41,276 nt of DNA from Burkholderiales bacterium. Lineage in GTDB: Bacteria > Pseudomonadota > Gammaproteobacteria > Burkholderiales > SG8-39. The stretch is from the NCBI GenBank assembly GCA_035517595.1, contig DATIYN010000176.1, positions 1 through 41,276 of the forward strand, given 5' to 3'. A program made the translations under genes and the position numbers. Each line of letters begins with the position of its first letter. The stretch's first letter is position 1. Below are positions 41,057-41,276 of this stretch, in pieces. Below the pieces are notes generated by a model, which ran no database searches, had not been told where the DNA came from, and worked only from the letters and a program-made list of their open reading frames with translations.

Positions 41057-41276
41057 ATGCCGAATCCCGCCTTCGTCCACCTTCGGCTCCACAGCGAGTT
41101 CTCCATCACCGACGGGATCGTGCGCATCGACGAGGCGGTGGAGCGCGCCGCCGCGGACGGCATGCCGGCGCTCGCGATCACCGACCTCGCCAACGTCTTC
41201 GGCATGGTCAAATTCTACAAGGCGGCGCGTGCGGCCGGGGTGAAGCCTGTCGTCGGCTGCGATGTCTGGATCACCA
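41057..41276 (+). CDS. dnaE: DNA polymerase III alpha subunit, N-terminal PHP domain (3' end outside window)
   Basis: Reading from ATG 41057 gives MPNPAFVHLRLHSEFSITDGIVRIDE...ALAITDLANVFGMVKFYKAA...GVKPVVGCDVW, the canonical DnaE N-terminus. It is not in the ORF track because it runs off the edge. Confidence 0.9.
   Translation, partial: MPNPAFVHLRLHSEFSITDGIVRIDEAVERAAADGMPALAITDLANVFGMVKFYKAARAAGVKPVVGCDVWIT

Overview
This is a visibly GC-rich, very gene-dense chromosomal core region. I call 46 CDS and 1 tRNA in 41.3 kb, with almost no intergenic DNA. Gene order looks Betaproteobacteria-like, which is inference from synteny only: queA-tgt-yajC-secD-secF, divergent hda/purM, and pcnB-folK-panB-panC.

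Content from left to right:
- Atm1-type ABC exporter (5' truncated), pbpG, an orphan EgtD-like methyltransferase convergent with a signal-peptide-bearing O-methyltransferase
- lutAB, corA, an aminotransferase, mnmA
- a UDG-like/GST/unknown membrane protein/YceI operon
- purB, BenE-type and DMT transporters
- a di-haem cytochrome c plus cytochrome c'
- secF-secD-yajC-tgt-thioesterase-queA, tRNA-Leu(CAA)
- a DUF1800/DUF1501 periplasmic pair, an alpha/beta hydrolase, panE, COX15/ctaA, a small orphan ORF
- a ten-gene tightly coupled minus-strand string: hda, HAD hydrolase, BtuCD-like ABC permease and ATPase, pcnB, folK, DUF486, deoxynucleoside kinase, panB, panC
- purM, a CzcE-like periplasmic protein with a CusRS-type two-component system, DUF4124, and the 5' end of dnaE

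I saw no rRNA, CRISPR array, IS element, integrase or prophage genes, and I could not identify an obvious self-contained novel system such as a defence island.

The most unusual things I can support are sequence-architectural:
- TAG, nearly always as the palindrome CTAG, is the dominant free-standing stop codon.
- All seven convergent gene pairs abut or overlap.
- There are long chains of 4-nt start/stop overlaps.

There are also several modules of genuinely unknown function: DUF1800/DUF1501, YceI with an unknown polytopic membrane partner, an orphan EgtD-like enzyme, and an exported SAM methyltransferase.

The many long Arg/Ala/Gly/Pro-rich ORFs in the six-frame track are GC-driven shadow ORFs. 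All family assignments come from motif recognition by eye. No database search was run.
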